DNA from: Desulfobacterales bacterium
GTDB taxonomy: Bacteria; Desulfobacterota; Desulfobacteria; Desulfobacterales; UBA5852
DNA length: 64,000 nt
Reading direction: 5' to 3'
NCBI GenBank assembly: GCA_963674755.2
Contig: CAXXVS010000003.1
Span: forward strand, 2,496,001-2,560,000
The position numbers and the translations under genes were made by a program. Below are positions 9,092 to 19,307 of this stretch, in pieces. The stretch's first letter is position 1; each line of letters begins with the position of its first letter. The notes under the pieces were generated by a model, which saw only the letters and a list, made by a program, of their open reading frames with translations, did not search any database and was not told the origin of the DNA.

Positions 9092-9283
9092 AGGGCGCTC
9101 ATCCAAAAGCCGGTGCAATCCTCCCCAATATGGTGCCCCACGAGGCTGTGAAGGAAACCCGCCTAGGGGTGTTGCACCTGCCTGATCAGCGTCTACTGCA
9201 ACAACTACTTAAATCCGGCCGGCTGTCTGCCGGACGACAAGACGCGCCTCCTGGAAGAGATTGACCAGGAGGGTCCCCAACTC

Positions 9284-12200
9284 TCAATCGCCCGGGTTTA
9301 TGATGCGGCGGATTTTGCGGGAGAGTTCCCCCAGGTCGAAGGGCTTCTGCGCGAAACCGCTGCAGCCCCGCTGCATGATGGCCCGGGCCTGCCCGTCGAG
9401 GCTGTATCCGCTGGACAGCAGGACCTTCACCTCGGGATCGATGGCCCGCAGCCGGTCGAACACCTCGCCCCCGCCCATGCCGGGCATGATCAAATCCAAA
9501 ATGACCAAAGCGATTTCTTCCCGCTGCTCCTCGAAGAGCTGCAGGCCTTGCGGGCCGTTTTCGGCGGTCAGGACTTCGTAGCCGAGCCGTGCCAGCATGA
9601 CGCGCCCAAGATCTCGGATGAGTTTTTCATCGTCCACGAGCAATATTCGGCCCGATCCCGTGACAATTTCCGACGGCGCGGCTTTCTCGGAAGGCACGGT
9701 TTTTTTCGAGGCCGGCAAGTAGATCGTGAAGGTGGTTCCCTCCCCGGGTTCGCTGGCTACGGTGATGATGCCGGCATGGCCTGAAACGATGCCGTAGGCC
9801 GCGGCTAGCCCCAGGCCGGTTCCCCGCGAGATCTCCTTGGTGGTGAAGAACGGTTCGAAAATGCGCCGCTGGGTTTCGGCATCCATCCCGGAGCCGGTGT
9901 CCTGTACGGTGATTTTGACGTAGCGGCCGGGTTTGAGGTCGTATGGTCGCACAAAGACCTCGTCCAGCACAGCGTTTTCGGCAGCGAGATATAGTTCGCC
10001 CGGCCCCTCCATGGCCTGCCAGGCATTGACGTACAAGTTCAGCAGTACCTGCTCGATCTGGGTGCGGTCCACCTCGACGGCCCACAGGCCGTTTCGGGCC
10101 GCCACCTGGATCTTGATTTCCTTATGGGTTCGCCCGAACATCTCCGCGCTTTGTTGGACCAGCGCGTCCAGGTCGACCGGCCGGATCTCGTATTTCCCGC
10201 CGCGGGCGTAACCCAGCAATTGCCGGGTCAGGTCGGCCGCGCTACGCACATAGGATTCGATCTCGCAGAGGTGCTCCCGGAAGGGGTGGTCGGCGTCGAT
10301 ATCCTCCAGCATGAGAGAAATGCGGCCCCGGATGCCGGTCAGAAGATTGTTGAAATCGTGGGCCACCCCGCCGGCCAGGGTGCCGACAGCTTCCATTTTC
10401 TGGGCCTGCTGGAATTTGGATTCCAGTTCCCGGCGTTCCTGCTCGGCCTTCTTGATCGCGCTGATATCCCGGAAGATGGACAGCACCGCTGTGGCGCCGG
10501 CATGGACGATGCGGACACCGGTGGCCTCCACCACGATGGTTTGGCCGTCCATGCGGCGGTAATGCTGTTCCATGGGCGGGAGCTGTTCGCCCCTGGTGGA
10601 GACATCTTCCAGGCGTTGGCGGACGGTCTCGCGGTCATCGGGATGGACAATATCAAGAAGATTTTTCCCGATGATCTGCCGTGGTTCGTCAGCCCCCAGC
10701 AGGCGTGCGCCCCGGGGATTGATGTAGACGATTAGGCCTTCGATATGCAGCAACACCGCCTCGGGTGACATTTCCACCAGCCTGCGATAACGGGCTTCGC
10801 TCTCCTTGAGGGCATCCTCGGAGCGCACCTGCTCGGTAATGTCCAAGAGAAAGCCTTCCAGGATCTGCCGGTCCGGTATCTCTTCGACGATCCGGGCGTT
10901 GACCTGAACCCAGATGATCCGGCCATCCTTGCGAAGCAATCGCATGCGCCGGTCGGCGATGAACCCCTGGACGAACATGGCCTGTAAATTGTCTTGACGG
11001 TCTTGACGATCGACATAGATTTGGTTGATATCCGCGACTTGCGCCACTAGTTCTTCCGGAGAAGGGTAGCCCAGGATCGTTGCCATGCGCGGATTGGCGA
11101 AAACGAACTTCCCCTCCACGGTTACCTGATAGATGCCCAGGAGGGCGTTGTTGATGATGGCCCTGAGCTGTTCGCGGTTCCCCCGCAAAGCCGTTTCCGC
11201 CTGGCGGCGCTGGTCAACCATGGCGTTGGCGGATTCGGCCAGCGCGGCAAATTCAGTGAAGGTCAAGTCTTCGGGCTCAATCCGAATGGATTCGCCGGCG
11301 GCCTTGTCGAAAAACACGGTGAGCATCCGAAGGCTTTTTTCGATCTTGGACGACAAAAAGCGGGCCGCCAGCAATACAAGTACCAGGAGGGAGACCAGGG
11401 CCAGGAGGATTTTGACGACTTCGGATCGAAGCTCTTGGCGCATGAGGCGGCGCTGGTCGGCGATGAGCTGGTCCATTTCGTCCACGTAGAGGCCGGCTCC
11501 TACGTACCACTGCCAGTCGGATATCCCGGCGGCATAGCTGATTTTGGTCACCTTGCGCCGGCCTTCGATCTCGGGCATGACATAGCTGACGAAACCCCCG
11601 CCGGCCTTGGCTGCGGCAATGAGGTCCCGGACCACCGGGAACCCGTTGGCATCGGTCGTGTCGATCATGTTTTTTCCGGCAGCGGGGCCTGACAGGCTTA
11701 CACCGTCCCACCGGCCGGTGAAGACATATCCCTCCTTTCCCATGTGGATGCTGTCGAGCCACGCCAGCACCTCCTGCTGGACATCCCTTTCCACCTCGTC
11801 GAGGTAATCGCCGGTGCCGACGTACCAGTCGAGGGAAGCGACGTATTTGACAAACGAAATTTTGGGGAAGGTTTGGGAGGACGCCCTACCCGGTTTGGGC
11901 CAGCAGCCCACGACAAAGCCTTCGCCTGTGGTGCGGACGACCTCCAACTCATGGCGAATCACGTAGGCGCCCTCTGAATCCCTAAGATCGATGAGGTTGT
12001 GACCTTCCAATGCAGGCCGGACAGGGTAGAGTTGCTCCATGCCGTCCATAGCGACGGCAAAATAATATCCGCGTCCCCTGTTGAACCGAATGGGGCGCAA
12101 AGCTTCGCGGATCATATCCTTGATGGCCGCGTCGGACATCGTTCCATGGTTCTGTTCATAGAGGTGGTTCGCGATCTGCCAGGCTTCGTGGGTCCGATTG

Positions 12201-12457
12201 CGGATGTTGCGCCTCAAGCGCGCTCTGGTTTGGGACTTTTTGAATTCGATGTAAGCAACGATGTTATCGACTTCGCTCTTGATCCGCTCCTTCTGGCTTG
12301 CCATGAACTCCGATCGCATGCGTTCGGTCATCCGGTCGAAACGCTTATACTCCCAGGCAACCCACAGCAGGCCCAGCAAGACACAGGCGAGGGTCGTGCA
12401 GGCGATCAGGTTGTAGAAGAACACGCGGGTCAGCTTGGTTGTTTTTGGCGCGGCCAT
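9284..12457 (-). CDS. Hybrid sensor histidine kinase (2 TM, tandem Cache_2, 2 PAS, HisKA/HATPase, receiver)
   Basis: [14 protein letters not shown]-box, [31 protein letters not shown]-terminal LLVDDE...LVILDL. ATG at 12457 with a GAGAGGG RBS. Confidence 0.92.
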   Translation of the reverse strand: MAAPKTTKLTRVFFYNLIACTTLACVLLGLLWVAWEYKRFDRMTERMRSEFMASQKERIKSEVDNIVAYIEFKKSQTRARLRRNIRNRTHEAWQIANHLYEQNHGTMSDAAIKDMIREALRPIRFNRGRGYYFAVAMDGMEQLYPVRPALEGHNLIDLRDSEGAYVIRHELEVVRTTGEGFVVGCWPKPGRASSQTFPKISFVKYVASLDWYVGTGDYLDEVERDVQQEVLAWLDSIHMGKEGYVFTGRWDGVSLSGPAAGKNMIDTTDANGFPVVRDLIAAAKAGGGFVSYVMPEIEGRRKVTKISYAAGISDWQWYVGAGLYVDEMDQLIADQRRLMRQELRSEVVKILLALVSLLVLVLLAARFLSSKIEKSLRMLTVFFDKAAGESIRIEPEDLTFTEFAALAESANAMVDQRRQAETALRGNREQLRAIINNALLGIYQVTVEGKFVFANPRMATILGYPSPEELVAQVADINQIYVDRQDRQDNLQAMFVQGFIADRRMRLLRKDGRIIWVQVNARIVEEIPDRQILEGFLLDITEQVRSEDALKESEARYRRLVEMSPEAVLLHIEGLIVYINPRGARLLGADEPRQIIGKNLLDIVHPDDRETVRQRLEDVSTRGEQLPPMEQHYRRMDGQTIVVEATGVRIVHAGATAVLSIFRDISAIKKAEQERRELESKFQQAQKMEAVGTLAGGVAHDFNNLLTGIRGRISLMLEDIDADHPFREHLCEIESYVRSAADLTRQLLGYARGGKYEIRPVDLDALVQQSAEMFGRTHKEIKIQVAARNGLWAVEVDRTQIEQVLLNLYVNAWQAMEGPGELYLAAENAVLDEVFVRPYDLKPGRYVKITVQDTGSGMDAETQRRIFEPFFTTKEISRGTGLGLAAAYGIVSGHAGIITVASEPGEGTTFTIYLPASKKTVPSEKAAPSEIVTGSGRILLVDDEKLIRDLGRVMLARLGYEVLTAENGPQGLQLFEEQREEIALVILDLIMPGMGGGEVFDRLRAIDPEVKVLLSSGYSLDGQARAIMQRGCSGFAQKPFDLGELSRKIRRIINPGD

Positions 12458-12631
12458 GGCAACATGCCCTCTCAATGATGGATGAACGTCGCGCGGCCGT
12501 GCGGCGTTGCCTCCATAAAATGGCATTATAGCATATTTTGCGCTTTGGGCAGTGCTTGCAATTTTAGTCCCATGGGGACTAAATGGGATTGATCGCCCAT
12601 TTGATTCCATCCAGCAGCACGAGGAGGCAAC

Positions 12632-12836
12632 ATGGCTGTGTAGTCGCATGGCTGGTGCGGCCGGATTCTCGAAGTGGATCTTACCAACCGCCGCTTTCGA
12701 GACCATGCGTGCGGAATTCTACACCCTCCGGGGATGGGATACCGCTTCCGGGTGCCAACGCCGTTCGCACCTTGCCGCGCTCGACCTTGGCGATGTGGCC
12801 GATGCAATGACCGCTCTGGGGTACTTGGCAAACTAA
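12632..12836 (+). pseudogene. aor: Aldehyde:ferredoxin oxidoreductase remnant (N- and C-termini fused after an internal deletion)
   Basis: GAGGAGG RBS, then MAV*SHGWCGRILEVDLTN (AOR N-terminus), joined out of frame to AAFETMRAEFYTLRGWDTASG..LAALDLGDVA (AOR C-terminus). Confidence 0.8.
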
Positions 12837-12892
12837 CGCTAGCCCCTAGCGGCGAATGACGATCACCGGTGTATCAATAAGGAACATCGCTT

Positions 12893-13768
12893 TTGCGCTA
12901 CGAAGGTCCCATCTACCGCCCGCCGAGCGAAGCCGACAGTCTGCTGATCCAGGCCACGGTGGGCTGCCCGCACAACAAATGCACCTTTTGCATGATCTAC
13001 AAGAAAGGGCCGCGCTATCGGGTGCGGCCGGTGGCCGACATCTGCGCGGACATCGATACGGCCCGCGCAGCTTACGGCGACAGCGTAAAGACCCTCTTTT
13101 TTCCGTCCGGTAACACCATTGCCATGCCGACCCACGAGCTGGCCGCCATCTGCCGGCATGCCATGGAACGCTTTCCCAAGATAGAGCGGATCACGGTCTA
13201 CGGATCGTCCCGCTACATCGTGCAAAAGGGGCTGGACGACCTGCAAACCCTCCGTGCGGCCGGCCTGCGCCGGATCCATGTAGGGCTTGAAAGCGGGGAC
13301 GACACGGTCTTGCAGCGGATCAAGAAGGGCACCACGGCCGCCGAACAGATCGCCGCCGGCCGGCTCGTCATGGCGGCGGGCATCGAACTCAGTGAGTATG
13401 TCATCCTGGGGATGGGCGGGATCGAACACACCGAAGCCCATGCCCGGCACACGGCGGCGGCCCTGAACGCCATCGCTCCGGATTTCGTGCGGCTGCGCAC
13501 CCTCGTGCCCAAGATCAACACCCTCCTGCTGCACGACATCAGGAAGGGCCGCTTTCAGCTCTTGTCGCCCCATGCGGTGCTGGCGGAAACCCGGCAGCTG
13601 ATAGCGCACCTCGAATGCCGCACCCGGCTTACCAGCGACCATTACAGCAACTACCTGAATCTAACCGGCTGGCTGCCGGATGACAAGGAACGCCTCCTGG
13701 GCGAGATCGACCGCGCCCTGACTTGGGATGAGGGCCGCTTTCGTCCCATGGTTGTCGGCACCCAGTAA
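12893..13768 (+). CDS. Radical SAM protein
   Basis: CPHNKCTFC (CxxxCxxC), YRPPSEA N-terminus and VGLESG. Confidence 0.9.
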   Translation: MRYEGPIYRPPSEADSLLIQATVGCPHNKCTFCMIYKKGPRYRVRPVADICADIDTARAAYGDSVKTLFFPSGNTIAMPTHELAAICRHAMERFPKIERITVYGSSRYIVQKGLDDLQTLRAAGLRRIHVGLESGDDTVLQRIKKGTTAAEQIAAGRLVMAAGIELSEYVILGMGGIEHTEAHARHTAAALNAIAPDFVRLRTLVPKINTLLLHDIRKGRFQLLSPHAVLAETRQLIAHLECRTRLTSDHYSNYLNLTGWLPDDKERLLGEIDRALTWDEGRFRPMVVGTQ

Positions 13769-13822
13769 CCCCGATGTCGGCCGGACGCGGGCCTCGGATC
13801 CGCGTCCTGGCCGGGCAGCCCC

Positions 13823-13849
13823 TAAAGTATCCCCCCAAAATCCCGATAT
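13823..13849 (+). promoter_or_regulatory. sigma28 (FliA)-type promoter for the diguanylate cyclase
   Basis: TAAA-N15-CCCGATAT versus consensus TAAA-N15-GCCGATAA. Confidence 0.65.
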
Positions 13850-13925
13850 TGAACGGGAGGACGAAGCAGGTCAGGCCGGAGTGGCCCGCGAGCCCGATCC
13901 CCTCGCATCCCTCCCGGCATAAAGG

Positions 13926-16049
13926 ATGGCGGTGATGAAACTCAGACTGATCGTATTGGCCCTGGCGTTCCTGTCGCTGATAGCGGTGATATCGGGCGCA
14001 CTCACCTACTATTCCATCCTCAGGAAAACCGTCCTGGCCGAAGCCAATCGCCACGTGGCTTCGGATGCGGCCTCCATCAGCCACATGTTTTCCGCCTACC
14101 TGAGCGAAAATACCAAATCGGTGAAAACCCTGGCGGGGATGCCGGCGCTCGAGACCGCCTTTCTTTATGATGACGCCGCGGGCCTGACGGCGGCCAACCG
14201 CATGCTGGATCGTTTTCAGCAATCTCTCGGGATGGACGTGTGCTACCTGATGAACACCGAGGGGCTGACCCTGGCATCTTCCAACCGCCACGATCCCGAC
14301 AGCTTCGTGGGCAAGAATTTCGGTTTTCGGCCCTACTTTCAAAAAGCCCTGCACGGCGAGGCCGGGGTGTATATGGCCCTTGGTGCCACCTCCCACAAAC
14401 GCGGCATCTACTATAGTCATCCGGTCTATGGGGAATCCGGTCCGGCGCCGCTGGGGGTCGTGGTGATCAAGGCCGGCATCGATCAGGTGGAAGCCCGTGC
14501 CGCAAGCGCCAGTCGCCACAGTGGGGGGGCCTGGGTCCTGGTCAATACCGACGGCGTCATATTCGCAGCCAGCCGCCCGGACTGGTGCTTCCATTTCCTG
14601 TCTTGCCCATCCGAGGCCCTGCGCGATCGTGTTGCCGCCAGCCGTCAGTTCGGCAAAACGCCGATGGAAGACCTGGGGTTTACCGCCGCCGACCCTAACG
14701 AGATGCGGGATTGTGATGGGACCGCCTATCTGGTGCACGGCGTCCCGATCGACTCCCTGGCGCAATGGCAGGTGCTTTACCTTTATCGGACCCGCAGCGC
14801 CCTGGCCGTCCTAACCGATCCCATCCTGCCCTACCGCAAGCCGATCGTCATAACGATTTGCAGCCTTTTTTCCGTCATTATCCTCGCCCTATGCACCATG
14901 GCGTTTATTGATATCCGGGAACGCAAGGGACAGCGCGATACCCTGGCCGTTCAGAATGCCTATCTGTCCGCGCTGCACGACACCGCCCTGGGACTCGTGG
15001 GACGTCTGGAATTCAATGAACTGATCCGCGCCGTATTGAGCCGTGCCGGTCTGTTGACAGGGACTTGCAACGGATTTCTTTTTCTTCACCACCCCGAAAC
15101 CCAGGACCTGGAGATGATGGTGGGGCTGGGGGTCTATGCCGATGAAGTCGGGCGGCGCATCAAGCCCGGTGAAGGCTTGTCGGGCAAGATCTTCCAAACC
15201 GGCGAACCCCTCATCCTGGACGACTATGCGACCTGGCCCGAGAGGTTGCCCCATGCGAAATACGACAACCTGCATGCGGTGGTGGGCATGCCCCTCAAGG
15301 GACGTTCGTCCATTGCCGGGGTCATGGGGCTGGGGCATTTCGAGCTGGGCAAGACCTTCGGAAAGAGCGAAATCGATATCATCGAACGCTTTTGCCAGCT
15401 GGCCGTCATCGCTCTGGACAACGCCCAGCTTTACACCCGGCTCGAGGAGGAGCTCGCCGAACGCCAGCGTGCCCAACAGGCCCTCAAAGAAGCCAATCTG
15501 GCCCTCGAACGTCTGGCCAGTCTCGACGGGCTGACCCAGATCGCCAACCGGCGCCGTTTTGACGAAATTCTTCAGAAGGAGTGGAAACGGCTGCGGCGAT
15601 CGAAAGCCCCCCTGGGGCTTATCCTGGCGGATGTGGATTATTTTAAAGGCTACAATGACACCTACGGTCACCAGGCCGGCGACAGCTGCCTACAGGCCAT
15701 CGCACGGACCCTGGCGGCCAATGCCTATCGGCCGGCGGACCTGGCCGCACGTTATGGGGGCGAAGAGTTCGCGGTTTTACTGCCGGAAACGGAGGCGGCG
15801 GGAAGCTGCTTCGTGGCCCAAAGAATTCTGGCGGCGATTCGAAACCTCAGGATTCCCCACAGCGCCTCTATAGTGGCACCCCACGTCACCATCAGCCTGG
15901 GGGTGGCCTGCTTGACCGCCAATCAAGACGATCCCCGGGTTCTGATCCAGCTTGCCGATGAAGCCCTTTACGAAGCCAAGAAAAGGGGCCGCAACAGGAT
16001 GGTCCTGCAGGATCTCGATCCCACGCCCGGCGCCGTCGGCACCCGATAA
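13926..16049 (+). CDS. Diguanylate cyclase (TM, dCache, GAF, GGDEF)
   Basis: RPYFQKA Cache motif, GAF region, DGLTQIANRR, RPAD I-site and RYGGEEF. Confidence 0.92.
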   Translation: MAVMKLRLIVLALAFLSLIAVISGALTYYSILRKTVLAEANRHVASDAASISHMFSAYLSENTKSVKTLAGMPALETAFLYDDAAGLTAANRMLDRFQQSLGMDVCYLMNTEGLTLASSNRHDPDSFVGKNFGFRPYFQKALHGEAGVYMALGATSHKRGIYYSHPVYGESGPAPLGVVVIKAGIDQVEARAASASRHSGGAWVLVNTDGVIFAASRPDWCFHFLSCPSEALRDRVAASRQFGKTPMEDLGFTAADPNEMRDCDGTAYLVHGVPIDSLAQWQVLYLYRTRSALAVLTDPILPYRKPIVITICSLFSVIILALCTMAFIDIRERKGQRDTLAVQNAYLSALHDTALGLVGRLEFNELIRAVLSRAGLLTGTCNGFLFLHHPETQDLEMMVGLGVYADEVGRRIKPGEGLSGKIFQTGEPLILDDYATWPERLPHAKYDNLHAVVGMPLKGRSSIAGVMGLGHFELGKTFGKSEIDIIERFCQLAVIALDNAQLYTRLEEELAERQRAQQALKEANLALERLASLDGLTQIANRRRFDEILQKEWKRLRRSKAPLGLILADVDYFKGYNDTYGHQAGDSCLQAIARTLAANAYRPADLAARYGGEEFAVLLPETEAAGSCFVAQRILAAIRNLRIPHSASIVAPHVTISLGVACLTANQDDPRVLIQLADEALYEAKKRGRNRMVLQDLDPTPGAVGTR

Positions 16050-16108
16050 GGACCGGAGAAAACGATCAAGCCGGCCGGCAACTCCCTATGCCGTGTCTCC
16101 CCGTAGGC

Positions 16109-17116
16109 TTAGAAGTCGCTCTCCAGAACGATGCGATAGCGCGGCTTGCCGGAGCGCAGCTTTTCCATGGCATCGTTCACCCGGGACATGGGGAAGGTCT
16201 CGGTCTGGGGAGCGATGCCGTGCCGAGCTGCGAAATCGAGCATGGTGGCGGTGGTGGCGGGACTGCCCAGGGGGGAGGCCCCGACGGACCGCTGTCCGAT
16301 GAGCAAGGGAAAGACGGCGGTTTCCACCGAAGGGGCCGCGCCCACCAGATGCAGTTTGCCCTTGGGTGCCAGGGACCCGATATAGGCCTCCCAGGGCAGG
16401 GATACGTTGACCGTGGAGAGGATCATGTCGAAATAGCCGGCCCGTTTTTCCAGGGCCGCGGTATCGCGGGAGTTCAGGAAGTGATGGGCACCCAGCCGGC
16501 GGGCTTCATCCTCTTTTTCAGGGCTGGTGGAAAAGGCCGTCACCTCGCAGCCCCAGGCCCGCAGGAAAGCCAGCGCCATATGGCCCAAGCCGCCGATGCC
16601 GATCACGCCCACGCGGTCGGTGGGGCGGATATGGTTTTGCACGATGGGATTGAAGACCGTAATGCCCCCGCAGAAGAGGGGTCCCGCACTGGCCGGCGCA
16701 ACGCCCTCGGGCAGGGGAATCACCCACCCCATGTGGGCCCGCACCTTGTCGGCGAAACCGCCGTGGCGCTCCACGATGGTGCCCTGGACCTCGGGGCACA
16801 GGTTGTGGTTGCCGGACATGCACTGACGGCAGTGCATGCACGATTGCGCGAACCACCCCAGTCCCACCGTCTGCCCCACGGCAAGGTGGCGCACGGCCGG
16901 GCCGACCGCCTCGATGCGGCCCACGATCTCGTGGCCCGGCACAAAGGGGTAGCGGGTCATCTGCCAGTCGTTGTCGAGCATACTGAGGTCGCTGTGGCAG
17001 ATGCCGCAATACGCTACGGCAATGTCGACTTCCTCGGCCCCGATGGTACCGAGTTCGTATTCAAAGGGTTTAAGCGCTCCGGCCGCGGATTCCGCGGCAT
17101 AGGCGTTGACGTTCAT
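16109..17116 (-). CDS. Zn-dependent NAD(P) alcohol dehydrogenase/aldehyde reductase (CAD, Ahr-like)
   Basis: CGICHSD, PGHEIVG, four-Cys structural Zn site and GIGGLG. Confidence 0.92.
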   Translation of the reverse strand: MNVNAYAAESAAGALKPFEYELGTIGAEEVDIAVAYCGICHSDLSMLDNDWQMTRYPFVPGHEIVGRIEAVGPAVRHLAVGQTVGLGWFAQSCMHCRQCMSGNHNLCPEVQGTIVERHGGFADKVRAHMGWVIPLPEGVAPASAGPLFCGGITVFNPIVQNHIRPTDRVGVIGIGGLGHMALAFLRAWGCEVTAFSTSPEKEDEARRLGAHHFLNSRDTAALEKRAGYFDMILSTVNVSLPWEAYIGSLAPKGKLHLVGAAPSVETAVFPLLIGQRSVGASPLGSPATTATMLDFAARHGIAPQTETFPMSRVNDAMEKLRSGKPRYRIVLESDF

Positions 17117-17286
17117 GAGAAAAGCTCCTTTCGATCTGAAGGTTGATGATCGTTTACGATCACACCGGGAAAGCTAAGGGAGTAAAAGCCGAATGCAAGT
17201 GGGGGCGGGAGGGACGACGATCTGCCTGCGGTGGGTTTCGGAGGAATAAGAGGCGCGCGGCGGTCTATCGGTGAGGCGGCCGCCGC

Positions 17287-18213
17287 TCAGCCTTCGCGGT
17301 TGAAGGGGATGCCCAGGGCGGCCGGCCCGCCGAAGCGTCGCCCCGGTCCGATATTGACCAACACCATGACGACGATGGTCAGGAGGTAGGGTAGCATTTT
17401 GAGGATATAAGCCGGCACGATCTCGACGCCCACGGCCTGGAAGTAGAACTGCAAGGCGGTCAACCCGCCGAAGAGAAAGGCCCCCACCACGGCCCGCAGG
17501 GGGTTCCAGGTGGCGAAGATGACCATGGCGATGGCCACCCAGCCCTGGCCGCCGGTCATGGATTCCTTCCAGCCGGGGGTGTAGGAAAGAGAGAGGTAGG
17601 CCCCGGCCAGGCCGGCCCCCAGGCCCCCGGCAAAGGTGCACAAATAGCGGATGCGGAACACATCGATGCCGGCGGCGTCCACGGCCGCGGCGTCTTCCCC
17701 GGCGGCCCGGATTTTGAGCCCGGTGCCGGTGCGAAAGAGCAGAATCCAGCACAGGGGCACCAGGAGATAGGCCAGATAGGCCAGCACGGACTGGCGGAAG
17801 AAGATATCCCCCACCACCGGGATGTCCGCCAGGCCGGGCAGCGGCAGGGCGCGCAGCCGCACCCCGGGGGCGGTGCCGATCAGAGGGCGCCCCAGAAAGC
17901 TGGTGAGTCCCATGCCCAGGAGGGTCAGGGCCAGTCCCGAGAGGACCTGGTTGACCCGCAGGGTGACGGCGAAAAACCCGTGCACCAGGGCCAGCAGCCC
18001 CCCGGCCAGGGTCCCGGCGGCCACGGCGATCAAGGGGTTGCCCGTGGCCATGCCGGCCGCCGCCGCACACAGGGCCCCGGCCAGCATCATGCCCTCCACC
18101 CCGAGGTTGAGGATGCCGCTGCGTTCGGCCACAATTTCCCCCAGGGTGGCCAGCAATACCGCGATGGAGGATTTGACGGCGATCTGCCCGATGAAAGCCA
18201 GGTCTTCGATCAT
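17287..18213 (-). CDS. Nucleoside/sugar (CUT2) ABC transporter permease
   Basis: ERSGILNLGVEG, GLKIRAAGED and GQGWVAIA motifs. Confidence 0.9.
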   Translation of the reverse strand: MIEDLAFIGQIAVKSSIAVLLATLGEIVAERSGILNLGVEGMMLAGALCAAAAGMATGNPLIAVAAGTLAGGLLALVHGFFAVTLRVNQVLSGLALTLLGMGLTSFLGRPLIGTAPGVRLRALPLPGLADIPVVGDIFFRQSVLAYLAYLLVPLCWILLFRTGTGLKIRAAGEDAAAVDAAGIDVFRIRYLCTFAGGLGAGLAGAYLSLSYTPGWKESMTGGQGWVAIAMVIFATWNPLRAVVGAFLFGGLTALQFYFQAVGVEIVPAYILKMLPYLLTIVVMVLVNIGPGRRFGGPAALGIPFNREG

Positions 18214-19307
18214 GCCCCCTCCTCTCCGGCGGCGGGCACGGCGCGGCCGGTTTCCCGCCGGACCAGGCGGTAGCGGGCCAGGCTTTCGCTGAGCAGCAGG
18301 CCGAAGAGCAGCACGGCTTCGAGCACCACGCTGATGGAGGCCGGCAGGTGTAAAACGGACTGGAGCTGCTCGCCGCCCACGATCAGAAATCCCAACAGCA
18401 GGGCCACGAAGGGCACGGCCAGGGGATTGAGGCGGGCCAGCCAGGCCACGATAATGCCGTCGTAGCCGTAGCCCACGGCCAATCCCTGCTGAAGACGATA
18501 GTGGATGCCGCTCACCTCGGCCATGCCGGCCAGCCCGGCCAGGGCCCCGCTGAGCAGCATGACGCCGACGATCTGAGACCGTATGCCGAACCCGGCATAG
18601 CGGGCCGCCCGGGGATTGAGGCCGATGGCGCGCACCCTATAGCCCCAGCGGGTGAGGCGCAGGGCGCCGTAGAGCACCATGGCCAGCACGAGGGCCAACA
18701 CCAGGCCGAGATGAATGCGGGTGCCGAAGTAGTGGGGGATGCGGGCGGCTTCGGCGATCTGGGCGGTCCCCGGGAAGCCGTACCCTTCCGGGTTGCGCCA
18801 GGGACCGAAGTAGAGGTGCTCCATGACGATAATGGCAATATAGTTGAGCAGCAGGGAGGAGAGAATTTCGTTGACCGCCAGATAGGCTTTCAGCAGGCCC
18901 GGAATCAGGCCCCACAGGGCACCGCCCACGGCCCCGGCCGCGACCACGGCCGGGAGCACCAGAAAGGGGGGCAGGTGCGGCGCCAGGTAGAGCCCCGTGC
19001 CGGCGGCCAAGATGCCCCCCCAGACGAGCTGGCCCTCGCAGCCGATGTTCCACAGCAGCATGGTGGCGGCCAGGGCCACGGCCAGGCCCGTCAGCATCAG
19101 GGGAATGGCGCGCACGACGACCTCGGATACATGAAAAAACGATCCGGCGGCCCCTTTCAGCATGACGCCGTAGGCGGTCAGGGGATTGACCCCCAGGGCG
19201 GCGAAGATGCCGGCCCCCACGGCGACGGCCATGGCCAGGGAGACCGGGAAAACCCAGGCCGGGGAGCGGGCAAAGGATGCGGAGCGCTTCTCGATGCGCC
19301 AGGCCAT
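18210..19307 (-). CDS. Nucleoside/sugar (CUT2) ABC transporter permease
   Basis: WNIGCEGQ, NEILSSLLLN, RAIGLNPRAARYAG and GYGYDGI. ATG at 19307 overlaps the ATPase stop. Confidence 0.9.
   Translation of the reverse strand: MAWRIEKRSASFARSPAWVFPVSLAMAVAVGAGIFAALGVNPLTAYGVMLKGAAGSFFHVSEVVVRAIPLMLTGLAVALAATMLLWNIGCEGQLVWGGILAAGTGLYLAPHLPPFLVLPAVVAAGAVGGALWGLIPGLLKAYLAVNEILSSLLLNYIAIIVMEHLYFGPWRNPEGYGFPGTAQIAEAARIPHYFGTRIHLGLVLALVLAMVLYGALRLTRWGYRVRAIGLNPRAARYAGFGIRSQIVGVMLLSGALAGLAGMAEVSGIHYRLQQGLAVGYGYDGIIVAWLARLNPLAVPFVALLLGFLIVGGEQLQSVLHLPASISVVLEAVLLFGLLLSESLARYRLVRRETGRAVPAAGEEGA

Noticed and set aside
9105..9190. Cobalamin-riboswitch-like words (GCCGGTGCAATCC...GCTGTGA...ACCTGCC)
   Set aside because: The CCGG stem does not close, the AGGGAA element is missing, and no plus-strand gene lies downstream (the region sits between convergent 3' ends).
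12641..12643. In-frame TAG after MAV as possible pyrrolysine readthrough
   Set aside because: The gene is already destroyed by a large deletion and frameshift, and no pyl genes are in the window. A nonsense mutation is simpler.
12458..12706. 83-aa N-terminal extension of the hybrid kinase in the ORF track
   Set aside because: It overlaps the divergent promoter and the aor remnant. ATG 12457 has an RBS and directly precedes TM1.
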